A stretch of DNA of 63,112 nt, filler included, from Intoshia linei (Eukaryota; Animalia; Orthonectida): NCBI GenBank assembly GCA_001642005.1. It is 6 parts of 6 records of this genome, joined end to end, with 100 filler letters (N's around TTAATTAATTAA, not from the genome) between each part and the next. Parts side by side here need not be neighbours in the genome. Positions count along the whole stretch, not along the records: positions 1 to 8,183 come from LWCA01001473.1; positions 8,284 to 15,394 come from LWCA01001596.1; 4 more parts are not named here. One strand, written 5' to 3'. The notes under the pieces were generated by a model that was given only the letters and a program-made list of their open reading frames with translations, was not told the DNA's origin and did not search any database. This document shows positions 1 through 14,172 of the stretch, piece after piece (the stretch's first letter is position 1; each line of letters begins with the position of its first letter). The position numbers and the translations under genes are program-made.

Positions 1-1450
1 CGTTTTAATTTCATACACACGTGTGATAAAAGCGAGAAAAAAATTGAAGAAGAAACAGAAAATGTACAAACCTAACTTAACTACTATGAGCAAGGATGAT
101 ATTCACAAGATGAATAACCCATGGCCATAAGTTGATAAAAGATTGATTAGATCTACGTTCGAAACTGTCAGTGGAAAAGTTCAGCTGAAATTGATTTCAT
201 GGAAGCCGAGCTAAGGAAGAGTTTTCCGATCAATACTATTATACTAAATAAAATCGCTGTACCTCATATGACCGTGTCATTAGAGCACAAGTTAATGGGA
301 CCAGGGCCAGTCAGTAATTTAGTTACACCAAGAACTCCAAGAAAAAGTAAATTTATCTTAAAGAAAAATGATGATAAAGTGCAAAATCTGCAACAAAACG
401 TTCCAAAATCAGGCGGCTATGATGCAACAAATCCGTGCTCTAAATCAAGAAAAACGACAGCTCCTACGATGAGGCCCCAATTAGGATAACAATGATCAAG
501 AAAAGAACCAAATAACATTAGAATTGATATTTGTTTCTAAAATATTTACACATGTCTGAAGTAATTGCTGAGTATATATCAAACTCGAAAAAAGTAGTAA
601 TTAACTTATTATATTATTTTGTTATAAATGCATATTCGAAAATCAATTAATACTTTGATAAATTAATAATTAATGGATACAATTTGAATTATTAGATATG
701 ACAATTAGTTAAAAATCAAAATAAATAATTTTTAAAATTTAACAAAAAAGTTACATTTTCTAAAGTTAATTATACTGGCTTAAACTGAACCAGATTATTG
801 CTGGCACTGGTACCAACATCAAGCTGGAGCCACCCCTGGTTTTAATCTATTAAAATTACCTCCGAACGTGTATTCCGTGAGTGCAATGAACCATTAAATT
901 AAAATTAATAAATATCAATAGCAAATTTTGTATCAGTATCTCAATTTGCGAATAATATAATCTGAAAATAAAACAAATAGATAACAAAGTTCACTTTAAT
1001 GTAAAATAATTTCATCAAGACAACAAATTGTGATGAATCATCACAATGATACGATGATACATTGTATCAGATACAATTACACAGTATGAATTAAATGATA
1101 ATTAAACTTTATTGGAAAATAAATTACAATTACCATTTTAAATTATATTGATCATATCAATAAAAATACATAAAAATATAAAATACTAATAGACTAAAAA
1201 TATCTTGAAAATAAACACAGTAACGTTACTTTATAAAACATGGAAACTAAATAGTTTGAGAATAATTTAAATGTTGATTCAGGAACTATAGAAGTTATTG
1301 GATTTGTTCTCATTTAATGATATTTCGTTTTAGGTATTGATATTTCGTTGACGCAGCTTTTTTATTTTAATATATACTATTATTTCAAATTGATAAACTT
1401 GGTGATATCAGCTTGACTAACTAATCTAATTGGAATCAGTTAATATTGAT

Positions 1451-3676
1451 ATGAATAGTGGTAATGATTTGAATAGAATATATACTGAGGAAGAATTGAA
1501 TATTAGCAGGTAATTGAGAATTAAATGTATTTATTTTCTTGTAAATTAGAGCTCTAGAATTGAGTCTCGGAAATGATGAATCTACTTCTTACAATTTCTT
1601 GAGAGAAGAAGTTGTTGACCCACACAAAAGGATTCGTCAAAACAATGAACCAGTCGGTATTAAAAATATTGGCAATACGTGTTGGTTCAGTTGCATCATG
1701 CAAGTAATATTTCGAGTTAATCTTTAACTTTAAAAAAATTCGTTTAATTGTATTGTTTTTTAATAATTGTGTTATTAATAGTGTCTCTTTAATCACAGTA
1801 GTTTTCGAAATTTTATTTTGCTTTTACAATTTAATGACTCAAGTTTGCATCAGGTTTGTTTTTTTCGTACACGTAATTTTATTGGTGTTAATTTATATAT
1901 TTGATATTATTTAGTCGTCATATTTGGTGAAATTACAACAATTTTTCAGTGTTTTAATTGGAGCTGATCAGGGTTATATTGATCCATCTGATATGATTGA
2001 CTTGATTAAAATGATGAATCTAAATATAAAAGTTGGCACCGAAAATTCATTTCAACAGGTTGATTTAATTATTTTAAGCTTCATGTCATTATTTATCCTT
2101 CTTAATTTGTATAGTGTTTTATTCAAGTTTAGGATGCAATAGAATTTTTTAATTTTCAATTACAATGGATCGAATCAAATCTAGAAGTGTTTGATAGTAG
2201 GTATTGCTATAATTCAAACATTGCATTGTCTAAAGTTTAAATTGAATCATTTTTTAATACTGTTTTGAGAGTTAAAATAAAGTGGTGGTTACTTCTTTAA
2301 GGTTTTGTAGAGGACTTGAAAATGAAAATTTCTTTTTAATTTGTTATATTTCCGCTTTTTTACTTTCTTCACATTTTATTCGATTTAATTTTTTATAATT
2401 TAGCACATCCATGGAATTAAGAAAAATTTTTTATGGAAAAATTGCGGGTAATTACTAATTAATACAATGTATCATAGCTAGTTTATTGGTTTTGTACCAC
2501 GTACAAAAAAGCTAGTGTCGAGGAAAAAGTTTTTATACATATTGTTAAAATCACATGAATTCATGAAGAATTCAAATTGTAATTTGTTTTTGATTGTGAA
2601 TATGTAAATTTATGAGCATCTTTGTTTTTTTGCACCAGTTGACAAACGCTGCCTTAGATTCAAGGGTAGACCATAAACTAGTTGCATATTTCAATCAATA
2701 CTCGCTTCTTCCGTGTTTTTAAAATTTAGAAACGGACAATATAATTGATTTTTCTGTGATTTCTGTAGATGTTGAAATTAGTAACACATTAAACAATCAT
2801 CTTGATAGTTTATTGAGTGTGTCTAAATTTTATGGCATCAATCAGGTACATTTCTATTCTATTCAATTAAATAATAACTAGAATCAATTTCTATTTGAAA
2901 CATTACCTGAATGCTTAATATTTTCTTTGCCACATTTAAAATTTGATAAAGACACTGGTACTTCATATAAAATGAATTCAAATTTCCAGATTCAACAGGA
3001 ACTAAATCTTTCCAGGTATGTTTGTAAAACGCGACAGATTCCAAATTATATTTTAATTATATAGGCCATTTTTGTTACAAATATTTTTTTAATACTTCCC
3101 AACATTTCATTACATGTTACCATATTAGACCATCTCAGAGTTTAATCGGTTTTAATATTTTTAAGCAGAGAAAGTTTTGACTTATGCAATTTTTTTAATT
3201 AATTAATTGTAAATAAATTTTAGATATACAGACACCATCAATTCATCGATACCAGTAATGCAACTATTTTAATTAATCACTGTAAATTAAGGTTATCTAC
3301 CAATTATTTTCGATAATAGTTCATGAAGGTAATTCCATGACTGGTCACTACATTTCCTTCAATAAAAGTTGTATTAATAATTTATGGTATAAAATGAACG
3401 ATACAGTCATGAATCAGGTTAATTTTGAGGATGTAATTAAATTTGTTGATGTTTCCAACCAAAATGAAAGTGAAAACACTGAAAAAATTAGTAAAACCCT
3501 ATGCTGTTTATTCTATAAACCGCTACAATTCGATGGTAATCCTTTAAATGAATAAAATTATAAAATTAATTATAGAAATTCCGATAAATTCAATTGAATT
3601 ACTAAATTACAAACTAAAAGAACATGTAGCAAATCACAATTCCATATTTTATAACGAACTGGAAAACAAATATTAA
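1451..3676 (+). CDS. USP25: USP25/USP28-family ubiquitin C-terminal hydrolase (peptidase C19), about 11 exons, ~390 aa
   Basis: Spliced reading gives a UIM-like EEELNISRALELSL, then DPHKRIRQNNEPVGIKNIGNTCWFSCIMQ (Cys box, cf. USP25 PVGLKNVGNTCWFSAVIQ), QQDAIEFFNFQLQWIE (cf. QQDVSEFTHKLLDWLE), His box IVHEGNSMTGHY..WYKMND and tail KEHVANHNSIFYNELE*. Introns are GT-AG. USP25 and USP28 cannot be told apart. Confidence 0.85.
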
Positions 3677-3805
3677 ATATATTGTACACGAAATGTAAAT
3701 ACACAAAATGTAGAAACATAACTAGCTAAATTTTATTTAATAATAATAAATAATTTAAGCAATACGAATAAATTAGTTGATTAAGTGCGTCGATAGGTCT
3801 TCAAA

Positions 3806-6800
3806 TTATGTAGATTCATCGATAACTTTTTTTTCCTTTTTGTTAACTTGTAGGTTAAAAGAATTTGCAGCGTAATTATCACCAAATCGTGGAGTAAATC
3901 TATCACCATCTGTGAAATCGCATTCAAATTTAATCTTTTTATTGTAATTTCCATTCAAATATATTTTTAGATATGTATATTGTGTCTTGTATCCTTTGTC
4001 TTTTCCGACATATACATACTCTGATGGGAAATCCACCTCATTCGCAATCTGGTTTATATCGGTGGGTTCAGGGCAGAATTTAAAAGTTGGAGGTGTATCA
4101 AATTTAGACTAATTAATAAATATAACATAATTTTAGAGTTTTAAAGTTTGCAATAAATAAAATGCAAATGGGTATAACGGTTTACTAAGTGTGGTTTTAA
4201 TGAGAAAAAATCTATGTATTCTCAAAACTGTTTAATTTGCAATCATTTAACTGATAAAATTTCACGTTTTATAAATTTCATGATTATATTGACACCACCC
4301 TGTATTGATATCACCAAGGCTCGACATTTATAGCAATTGATGTTAAAAATGTAATTGAAAAAAAAATTTACCAAGTTTATCAGCGTATTTGCACCGTGAT
4401 ATAATTATAATTATATCATTTGTTTTTAAATAAAAATGGAATAAGGAAGAAGCAAAAGATTCCAAAACGTTAAGAGTTCTAGATAAGTCATTCTTAATAT
4501 GTCCCATGTAGATGTTTTGGGGTCCATGAGCGAATTTTGCTTTTAAAAAAAAATTTTGATTGATTATACGAAACCAGCAAACTCAAAATAAATTTCTCAT
4601 ATTTACATGAACTAACATAATAGGTACGTACATATATTTAATATGTAACCTTAAAATCATAGATAGTATCTATTAGATATTATCAAATAGACTTGAATAC
4701 ATAAGGAACTAAATACATTAGTATATATTATTAGTTTGACTGTTATGTACTACGTACAAACAGCACCTAGTTCTGCCGAGGGCACATTTTTATTATACCA
4801 AAAAAATAAATTCATGTTGAAAATCTAACTTAAAAATCCGCTATTCACTATTATCAATCCTTTAAAAGAATGGTTCCCAAATTTGTTTCAGGTGGAACCA
4901 TCATATCACATTACTTTTTACTTTGAAGTGAATTATTCCATCTTAATTTTTTGTTTGTTAACGTTTGCGTAAAGAATTTTAAAAACAATTGTTATCCCAT
5001 TTTTTTAATTTATTAGACGAATGTGTGTATAATATTAAAAATAAAGTAAAAACAGTCCAATCCTAAAAATTGTCATAAATAGCATAAATTCCAAAAAAAT
5101 AAAATTAGTCCAATACTAAAAATTGTCATAAAGGTGTGAGTTTTGGAAATTGAAATTTATATTATTATATGTATAAATTGTCATAAATAGCATAAATTCC
5201 AGAAAAAATAAAATTATAACAACCTATTTTGTCATTTTCAATGTGATGACATATATTCATTACCAATTTAATAAATACCTAAAAATATTAATTATGTATC
5301 AATAATTAACCGAATCTTCACTTTCAGTCGAATTCTACCAATATTGCAAAGGATTGTAATAAATAAAAAAATGATATTAACAACGTTGTTTTAGTTTTGT
5401 TGTTTAGTTTCAATTTAAATTTTATTCAAAATATTTTGAAAATGAGAATTTGAAATTTAAAAATTGAGTAGCAATGAATTAAAATTGCAAAAGAATGAAT
5501 TATATAGATTTTCACCCATATTTCTTTATTGGAAATGTGTAGATGTTCACTGCAAATTTTTTTTTGAAATTGTAAGATCAATATTTACATTTTCAATTTT
5601 TATTTTAATCGAAATATTTGAAAAATTATTTTTCATCGGGAATGCGTAGATTTCTCGGGTTGAACTATTGTATTTATATTAACTGGAATAAGCTCTATCA
5701 GAATGATCATTTTTTTTAATTTTCGGACCATTAATTATTTCACATTTTTTGAGATCATATTAATGATTTCTTGAATTCTGACTAATAACCAATTAACATT
5801 GTTTAAATTTTATTCAATGCATAATATGAATTCCAAAAAATATTGATCTGGAAACAAATTTAAAAAAATGAACTGTATAACTAAACATAAAGAACAATAT
5901 TATAAAGTCGGTACCACATTTAAAAGCTCAAACGCCAATTGAATTTCTATGTATAAGATTCTTTGAAAGTAATTAATTTACATTTTAATCCTTAAGTTTT
6001 TATTCCTAATTAGTTTTTTTACGTGTAGTAATATAATAATTATAACATTTAAGTTGTACTTGATATATCCAACGAGTTAACGTGGAAGAAAAATATTTAT
6101 TATCATGTTAAAGTGAAACTTGTTTAAATTTTTTTCATAAGTCAAAATTTTATAGGATTTAAAACATTAGAAGGCGATGAAAAATTAGTCTTTTATGCTT
6201 AAAAAATAAAAAAACTTATATTTCAATTTAAAATATTTTTAGAAAAATTGACGCTAATTTGTAACCTTTTATGTTGTAAAAATCTTTATAAAATAAAGTG
6301 ACCCGAAAAATACGTACTATCACTTTTAGTTTATTTGGAATAAATTTTTATTCGTCATCATAGATAAGTAGATTTGGCTTTACATTTAACACCAAATAAA
6401 CTAAAATTGATAGTACGTATTTTTTCTGGCCACTTTATTTTATTATTTATGATAAATCTTAATAATCATTTAAAATGCAATTATGTAATTGTATCATAAA
6501 AATTTACTGGTCCAGGTATACTCGGTGAAAATAATTTCCATAATGAAATGTATGATATAATAAAATAATATAATAATAATGATATAATCAACACCAAAAT
6601 AAAATTTTTCTTATTTTTTCTTATTATATTTATTTAATTTATTAAGAAGTATTAATTTTGGTGGTTTCATGATGTTACATAACCGTTTTATATCATATCT
6701 TTTATTTACATATTATTATAAATCAATAAAGTCCTTTTTAAATTTAAAATTTTCTCAAAACCGTCAATTCACCTTATTTGCATGCTTACATATTGCACTG

Positions 6801-7504
6801 ATATAAAAAATACCTTCATGGTACAATTAATTCTCGACTTATTGGATGGTTTGAAAAAGAAAACCTAAAATAAAGTAAATTTAAAAAATTACATCTATAA
6901 CCTTGTTCAATTTAAGTATAATGAGGGGTGTTCCAGTGTTGTAACCGAATTTTTCTTCATGAAGATGTTGACAATCTTTATGATAATGATTAGCTTTATC
7001 TAAATAATTAATAACCCCATAAACGTAACTAAACCAGTATCAATAAGAAAATCATTGATGGCTACAATATAAGGTAGTTTTTTAGCATCGCCATTATCGT
7101 AATCTTCTTCATTGTATTCAATAAAATTTCTAACACCATTGGGTAATCGAGTAAGACCTAAGAATTACATTTTAGTATAAATATATATAAATGAAAAAAT
7201 AGTGTACCTGGAACGTTTTGTAATGGAGATTGACTTCCAGTGATAAAAGGTTCTTTATCATCAATATATTGTAATAATCCGTAAAGTAAAATGGACCAAA
7301 AGATTGCTAGACAGGAATAAAATACCAAGTAAAAACTTCCAATTTTTACTAAAATTTATATTTAAAAAATTACTCTTAAAACTTACGCCAGCTTAAGCCA
7401 CCACGTCCCAATACTGTCTTCTTTTTAGAGTTGTATAAAAACTTTCCAAAATTACCAAAGGTGGTACGTACAGAGTTTAATTTTGCAGATAAAGAAAACG
7501 CCAT
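3806..7504 (-). CDS. ATP1B: Na+/K+-ATPase beta subunit
   Basis: Exons give MAFS..FGKFLYNSKKKTVLGRGGLSW|LKIGSFYLVFYSCLAIFWS (transmembrane helix), FGYNTGTPLIILKLNK|VFFFKP..INCTMK. A ~2.7 kb phase-0 intron (about 4108-6814) leads to the last exon DFPSEYVYVGK..YKTQY..KIKFECDF..SFNLQVNK (ORF 3806..4036). Confidence 0.88.
6291..6440. mobile_element. ~150-bp fold-back element (MITE-like) in the ATP1B intron
   Basis: ~48-bp inverted repeat AAATAAAGTG(A/G)CC.GAAAAA.TACGTACTATCA.TTTTAGTTTATTTGG at 6291-6338 and 6392-6440. Confidence 0.7.
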
Positions 7505-8183
7505 ATTAATTTGAGCTCACAGAAATGTGTATATTGTTGACTAACTTGTTTAATTCAATACAACAGCTGTATTTTACAAGGTCAAGATATATGTTACTAT
7601 AGATTGTATATTTTATTAGTTTTTTAGCTTATTTTTAATATTATCTATAATTATACTTCGATTTTACACATTGATATACTTTATATTAATTTTGATAAAC
7701 ATTGGAAATTACAATATTAAAAAATGAAGGTTAAGTAACGTCAACTCAAATAAAATGTAATTTAAGAAAAGTTGCAGAGTAATTTCTATGCAAGTTTGTA
7801 TATTTGTTTTATTATGTATTATCATTATTTAGCCCTCATGTACACGATAATATAAAATATAATTTACCTTAATTTTAATGGAATCAGTTGGTCTAGTAAA
7901 CAAAATTTTAATATTTATTGATAGTTAAAAGTCAATAGCATAATATTTCAAAATCATGAAATGCATTCAATATATTAAGGTTAATCGATCAAAAATAAAT
8001 ATCTTGGGTTGTTATAGAATGATAATTCTATTAATTTTATGAAAATTTTATCAGACTGATTACTCTTCGATCCAATTTTTTCAATATAAAGTTACAACAT
8101 TGATCTGATCAAGAATTTTTATTTTTACATAAAAATAAAATTAATAATTATAATAAATATTAATTATATTTTATTATCAAAAA

Positions 8184-8283
8184 NNNNNNNNNNNNNNNNN
8201 NNNNNNNNNNNNNNNNNNNNNNNNNNNTTAATTAATTAANNNNNNNNNNNNNNNNNNNNNNNNNNNNNNNNNNNNNNNNNNNN
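8184..8283. other. Artificial contig spacer (identical spacers at 15395-15494, 43520-43619, 47784-47883, 61696-61795)
   Basis: 44 N + TTAATTAATTAA (stop codons in all six frames) + 44 N, repeated identically five times. Confidence 0.97.
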
Positions 8284-10995
8284 GGTCATTAAATTCATAA
8301 AATATTGTATAATAAAATTAAATTCAAATTGATAAAAAAAAATTTGTTTTAATTACATTTTTCTTCAACCCCACTCGAATAAGCATTTTTGGAATATAAT
8401 ATTCCAGATTATTAATTTTTTCACCAAAATTAACAGGATGCGCCCCGTTCGTCTTAGATTCTTAAATACGTGTGACACTCTAATAACCATATATTAGCAG
8501 ATTATTGATTACATAATTTAAATTTCACATACATTTCAAAATATAAATAAGTAAGTTACTTATTTAAGTAAGTAATCCCTTACCTATATTAAATTGAATG
8601 TCTGTGTGTGTCACCATTTATTTAAAAAATTGACAGTCGTAGAATTTAAAATACTGAATTTTTAATACATTTTTCCCAGAGCGTGTTTATATTTATTTTT
8701 CAGTTTCAGAATTTGAATCCTTCAGGGTTTAAAACTCAATTTTCCTTCTGTTTCTTATTTAAATCAGCCCTAAATTTTAATAAAACATACATTCTGGGAC
8801 GCTTTTTAAAATTATTAATATTTGTCATAAATCTTAGCATTAGAAACCCACACCTTAATGGTCAAAACGACAAATTACCCTATGTTTTAAAAATGAAATA
8901 TACCCTAAAATTTTATAAAACATAAATTCAATATATTCAATCAGTCAAACCTGGTCAATATGAACAGCTGTGTACCAGTTTTCGACTCCGTTCAAATTAG
9001 AAACTAATATGAACAAGGTTATGGTGTTATGATAATCTAGGGGGAAATTCTTTATTTAAAATATATGTTAAAATTTAATATGAGTTAATAATTTACTGAT
9101 ATACAATTAAAATATAATTACATTTTGTATTACATTGAATTAACTAAATTCTTGGTTTGTATGTAATGAAATCAGTCATTTTTATTTTCTTTTACTTTTT
9201 TCATGTTATATGATCAATTATTTGTCAGATGTCTTCCATTTTGTGTGGTAAATTGTTGTTTTAAAAATTTTTTTAAGTTTCATTGCATGTTATATTATAT
9301 ACGTCAAAACTTGTCAATATAGGGTTTTTCGATTTTCCTATTATGAGTGGTTTCAATTTTTCCTTGATTGTACTTAAGATGGTACTATTTATATTTATTT
9401 GTGAATGAGGTCCCATTCACTAGAATTTTTTATAAAACTATATTTAATTAATATTTAAAATAATTAATTATTGTTTTAGTAAAAAGTATAGGAAGGAAGT
9501 TACAAGGTCATACGACTAAAAGAATGAATGGGTAAGATTTATTTTAATTTTTCGTCTAGCTTTAAAAATAGTGAAATTTTTTTACTGAAACAGAAAGAAA
9601 TGAAAAAACTCTGCAAAAAGAGATTCAAAATTTAAAGATTGATTCAAAGATTGGTCGCTCTGAGACTCAAGAAAAAAATTAAAAATGGGATTCAAAAAAA
9701 TAAATATATAATAGAGTACTCGAAAGGGAAACCCGATATGGACACATGGAACAAATTTAATGGATTCAAAGTCAAATTTCACGGCGATCCTACTTCAAAC
9801 TTTGTGGTTACTTCAATGTCCATAAACGGATTGTTAAATTGTATAAATTAAACTCATTAATAAATACTATATAATTGACATAATGATGGTTAAATGTGTA
9901 TGTATGTGTTATACTTAGGCCCTATGATATATACAAATTAATTTTTTTATACATTATTTATGTTAATTAGCATACAATTCCAAGAATGAAGATACCAGTA
10001 TTATGCTCCTTAATTGGCTAAATAAAATTTTATAATATTTATTATACATCATTTTTTATTTACAAAAGTATAAAAGTCAATGAAGTCATTTTTTTTGTAA
10101 AATATACAAGTTATTTTTTAAATTTTGGTAATTTGAATTAAATATTTTCAAAATATAATGTACAATAATGATTCAGCAAATTTGACAAACTTTTAAATCT
10201 GATCAGTTAGCCTTAACATAGAAAGTGTATATATCTATAGTGTATATCTATACCGTATAGATAGAAAATCTAGAAAAACGGCACACATTTATAATTACGT
10301 ACTTATGAAATATTTATCAACAAAATATCACACTTCAGACTTGAGACTGTTAATTAACTTGTTAATTAACATTTAGATATGAATATTATTAAAAGTAATA
10401 AAGGGAAATCAAAAATGTGTTATGGTGGATATATTGATATGCAATTTCGATAAAATCTTAACAAATTTTGAGTGAGGATTACATTCAAGGTGGAAAAACT
10501 ATAAGTGGATTTCTACGCGGAATTGCTTATAACATAAGATTTTGTCTGTAATTTACTAATAAATGATAACATAATTTGCAGATCTTTTATAATACACTCA
10601 TTCCGTAAATTTTATCTCAAGTTCTACTTGTGATCATACCAATACAATTCTATTTTCATTGATATGTAATTATAAATATTCAAGTTGTGCCGTTTGTACC
10701 ATAAATTTTTAAAATCTACTACATTTAAGAAATAAATAATAATAACCAATTAATTATTTAAATCACTTTAAATTATAATTTTATATCCAATGCAAAGTTA
10801 AAATATTATAAATCAAGTATACATTATAAACTCAGTGAATGTCAAAATAAAATATGAAAATTAATTGTTATTTTGAAAATATGGGTACGTAAATAAGTCA
10901 CTATGTTTTTACTCAAATCTAGTTGATTAGATATTAATTATATTCAACAATACAATCTTGATATTGTCCTAAAACGCATTCATAGAAATTTGAAA

Positions 10996-13749
10996 ATGGT
11001 ATCTCAAGTTATAACATCTATTGCATGTGCAATAAATGTAGATGATTATTCTGGAAAAAATCAGTGTATAAAAATTTTAGAAACTGACTCAAAAATTACC
11101 GTCAGTCATAATGGAGTGGTATTAATATCGATTATATTTTTTACGTTCTACTTTGTAGAACTCGGATTTTTCCTTCGAAAACCAATTTGATGTACCTAAT
11201 AACAATGTAATACATTATATTTGTTATATACTATTTAAAATAGGTAAAATATTACAACAGTTTTCATTGTAACGTGGATCAATTTGTAGAAGGGTACAAT
11301 GTATCCATTATCAGTAATGGTAGGCTAAATATAAACAAAATAAAAACCCTTTATGGTATTCCCAAGTGCAAAGGTCTAGCCAATGATCTCGTTAATGATT
11401 TGTTTTATAAACTGGAGCAAAAAAAAAATGATGGAATAGAATCCATTGTTACGATAAATTTCATTGACGTAATTAATAATTGGTAAAAATTACAATAATA
11501 TGTTAGATATTGGATGGTGATTCAATTTATGATTTGATAAACCCAAAAGATAATAAAATCGAATTAAAAAATGAAGAAAATTATGGAATGTAAATTAAGT
11601 TTATATAAATAATGAATTTAAAATGTTAGTTATGCGGATCATTCAACTACGTTGGTTGCAAAATCAGCAGACGAATTGATGGAATACATAGTAAATGGCA
11701 GTTTGTTACACATTTCGAATTTTCCAATTTCGTTATTTTTAAATAATTACAAATATTTTAAATTTATTAGACTGGGAACTATTCTGTCAATTTCACTTGA
11801 AACAAAATGCAAAGAAGAAAAAAATATTACCACCAGATCAAATATGTATATTATCAATATTAATGGTATTAAATTTCAAAATTATATAAATTTATTATAA
11901 AGATTATGAAACTGAAACATTGAGTTCCACTGGTAAAGATAATATCAAATGTATGAACCAAATTTTGAAAAATATGTCAAAGTCCAATTTACCTTTTCAA
12001 TCTAGTTCTATGGGAATTTATTTGAAGGTAAATATTTAATATTTAATATTTAGTGTATTACATTTTAGTATATTTTAACAAATCATATCATAGTTATGGC
12101 TCCAATTGTGATTAATGATAGTAATTATTTGTCAATACATTTTGATGTAGATTTAGATAAATATGCTTCTTCTAATATAACCACATTACAAACATCAAAA
12201 GCAGCTGAAGGCTACAAGTGTAATATTAAGATGATCAAGGTTTCATTCTTAATAAAATATGTAATAATTTTAGTTTGATCTCTTCCAATTAACTAAAAAT
12301 ACAAAAACGATATTAAACGAAAGAGCAAAACATTCTTTACAATGTTTTTCAAATAAAATAGAATTGGATACCAGCCAAGAGACATTAAATAAATTTGAAA
12401 AGTTACGAGATAATCTTTTATTATATAAACACATGTATTGGGGTAAAAAAGAATTTATTACGCTAATGTCCCTTGAAGAAAGAAACGCTAATTTGGCTTC
12501 AAAAGTTTAATTTATATATCTTTATGATAATTATTATAATATTAGGGGATATTTAAAAATATGACATTGGAAATGTCTTTTCCAAATAAAGACTATGAAA
12601 CTGAATTTGTAAAATTGAACCAAGAAAAGAAAAAACTGGCTATCGACATGGCTGAATTACACAATAAATTAATAAAAAATCGAAAATTATTGGAAGCAGC
12701 AGTGGAGAATTTGAGAAATACTGGTAAATTAAATTGTTTATGAAAACTAAATATACATGTAGATGGAAAAATTTCAAAGGTGAATGATTCAGTTGTAGGA
12801 AACATTAAGAAGAAGAAAACCGAAATAGATATTGACACAAATCAATTAAAACAATACAGGATTTCATTAACAGAAATTCATTTAAAACTGGAAAATATAA
12901 AAAACGTTTATTTTTATTAAATAAGCAAGTTACATGTATTAAAATATTAAATTTAGAATGTGGATTATACATCACTATTTCAAGAAAATGGTAAATTGAG
13001 AGATATTTTACAAGTAACGTTTTTTAATTAATAAATTTTATACAAAAAAATTTAATACATGTGTTTTTAAACGTTTAGAGTGAAAATTTATCTAAATTGG
13101 AAAAGGAAAATTTGGAAAAATTAGAAGAAGAAGTCGAAAATTTAAAATTAGATATTGAGCAATCAAAAGCAGAATTAAAGGTGCATTTATTAAGAATTTT
13201 AATAACAAATTTAGACAAAAATAGAAGGAGGAAAAGTATTTACAAATCAAGAAATAATGGATCTTCACAATGAACTATTTGAATTAAGAAAAAAGGAAAT
13301 TATTGATACTCATCAAGTTATTTGAAAGAATATTCAATTAAAATTCATTTATTAGATTAATAATTTGGAAACTGAAAAAAATATTATTAAAGAAGCATTA
13401 CAAAACTTGCAAAATGATAACAACAATCAAATTATTAATAATAGAAATCATTATTTTAATGTATGTATATGTTAATTATTTTAAAATTTAATTACAATTA
13501 GACTTTTCGAAAATTTCGTAGACAAATTACCAGTTTGTTTGATTCTTTAAACCAGAGAAATAAAGTAATGCTAAATCAAGTCGTAAATGATGCTGTTCAA
13601 TTGTCTAATCGAAACGATATTATTACCAATAAGAATAAGAATTTGCAAAAAAGTTTACCAAATTAAAATTTGTTCATTAAATCCAACCTTTAGAAATTTC
13701 TGAATTAAAAGATAAATTGTCTCTTTTGGAAGGAGAAAGTCATACATAG
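10996..13749 (+). CDS. Kinesin-fold protein with degenerate motor domain and C-terminal coiled coil, multi-exon
   Basis: Spliced exons follow kinesin motor order: FSFENQFD, FVEGYNVSIISNG..LYG..GLANDLVNDLF, VTINFIDI..IYDLINP, VAKSADELMEYIVNG, ILSISLE..SNMYIIN, LPFQSSSMGIYLK, NITTLQTSKAA. A long K/E/L-rich heptad region follows, ending EGESHT*. Confidence 0.75.
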
Positions 13750-14172
13750 ATAAATAATTATTTTTTCAATTAATAAAAAGTATATTTTTTATCTCAAATT
13801 GATATAAAACAATAAAATCTACAAAATTTTAAAAAAAAATTTCCATTAAAAATCCTATAAAATCTTGGTCCCAAAAGTATCTTGAAACTCTTTAACATTT
13901 GGATAAATTAACTTACCTTAAAACCCCAACCAAAATTATCTTCAAAATCTTTAAAATTTCGTGGAAAAATCAATAACATGATAAATTATTAAAATCGATG
14001 ATTTTGTAGTTCTAACAATACATCACTCAAATGAATGTCGCTCAACTTAAAATTCACCGTAATTTTACTTTTTCTAATTTCATCACACTAAAATGGTGTG
14101 TTAACACTTTATTATAATTTATATAGCAATTTTTAACATTATAAAACAGTGTACATTTATTTACATTTTCTG

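Noticed and set aside
199-489. 96-aa low-complexity ORF at the window start
   Set aside because: No recognisable motif and upstream frames are interrupted; may be a retroelement tail but cannot be supported.
4372-4545. Open minus-strand frame followed by a GT inside the long ATP1B intron
   Set aside because: No similarity to beta subunits; the flanking exons already join in phase.
5050-5215. Short interspersed direct repeats AAATTGTCATAAATAGCATAAATTCC
   Set aside because: Irregular local duplication in an intron; not a CRISPR-like array (eukaryotic context, no regular spacers).
8228-8239. Recurring TTAATTAATTAA palindrome inside N runs
   Set aside because: Artificial six-frame-stop linker between contigs; gene adjacency across these spacers is not meaningful.
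9343-9851. Exon-like segments and a 70-aa ORF
   Set aside because: No phase-consistent, stop-free gene model could be built and no homology was recognised.
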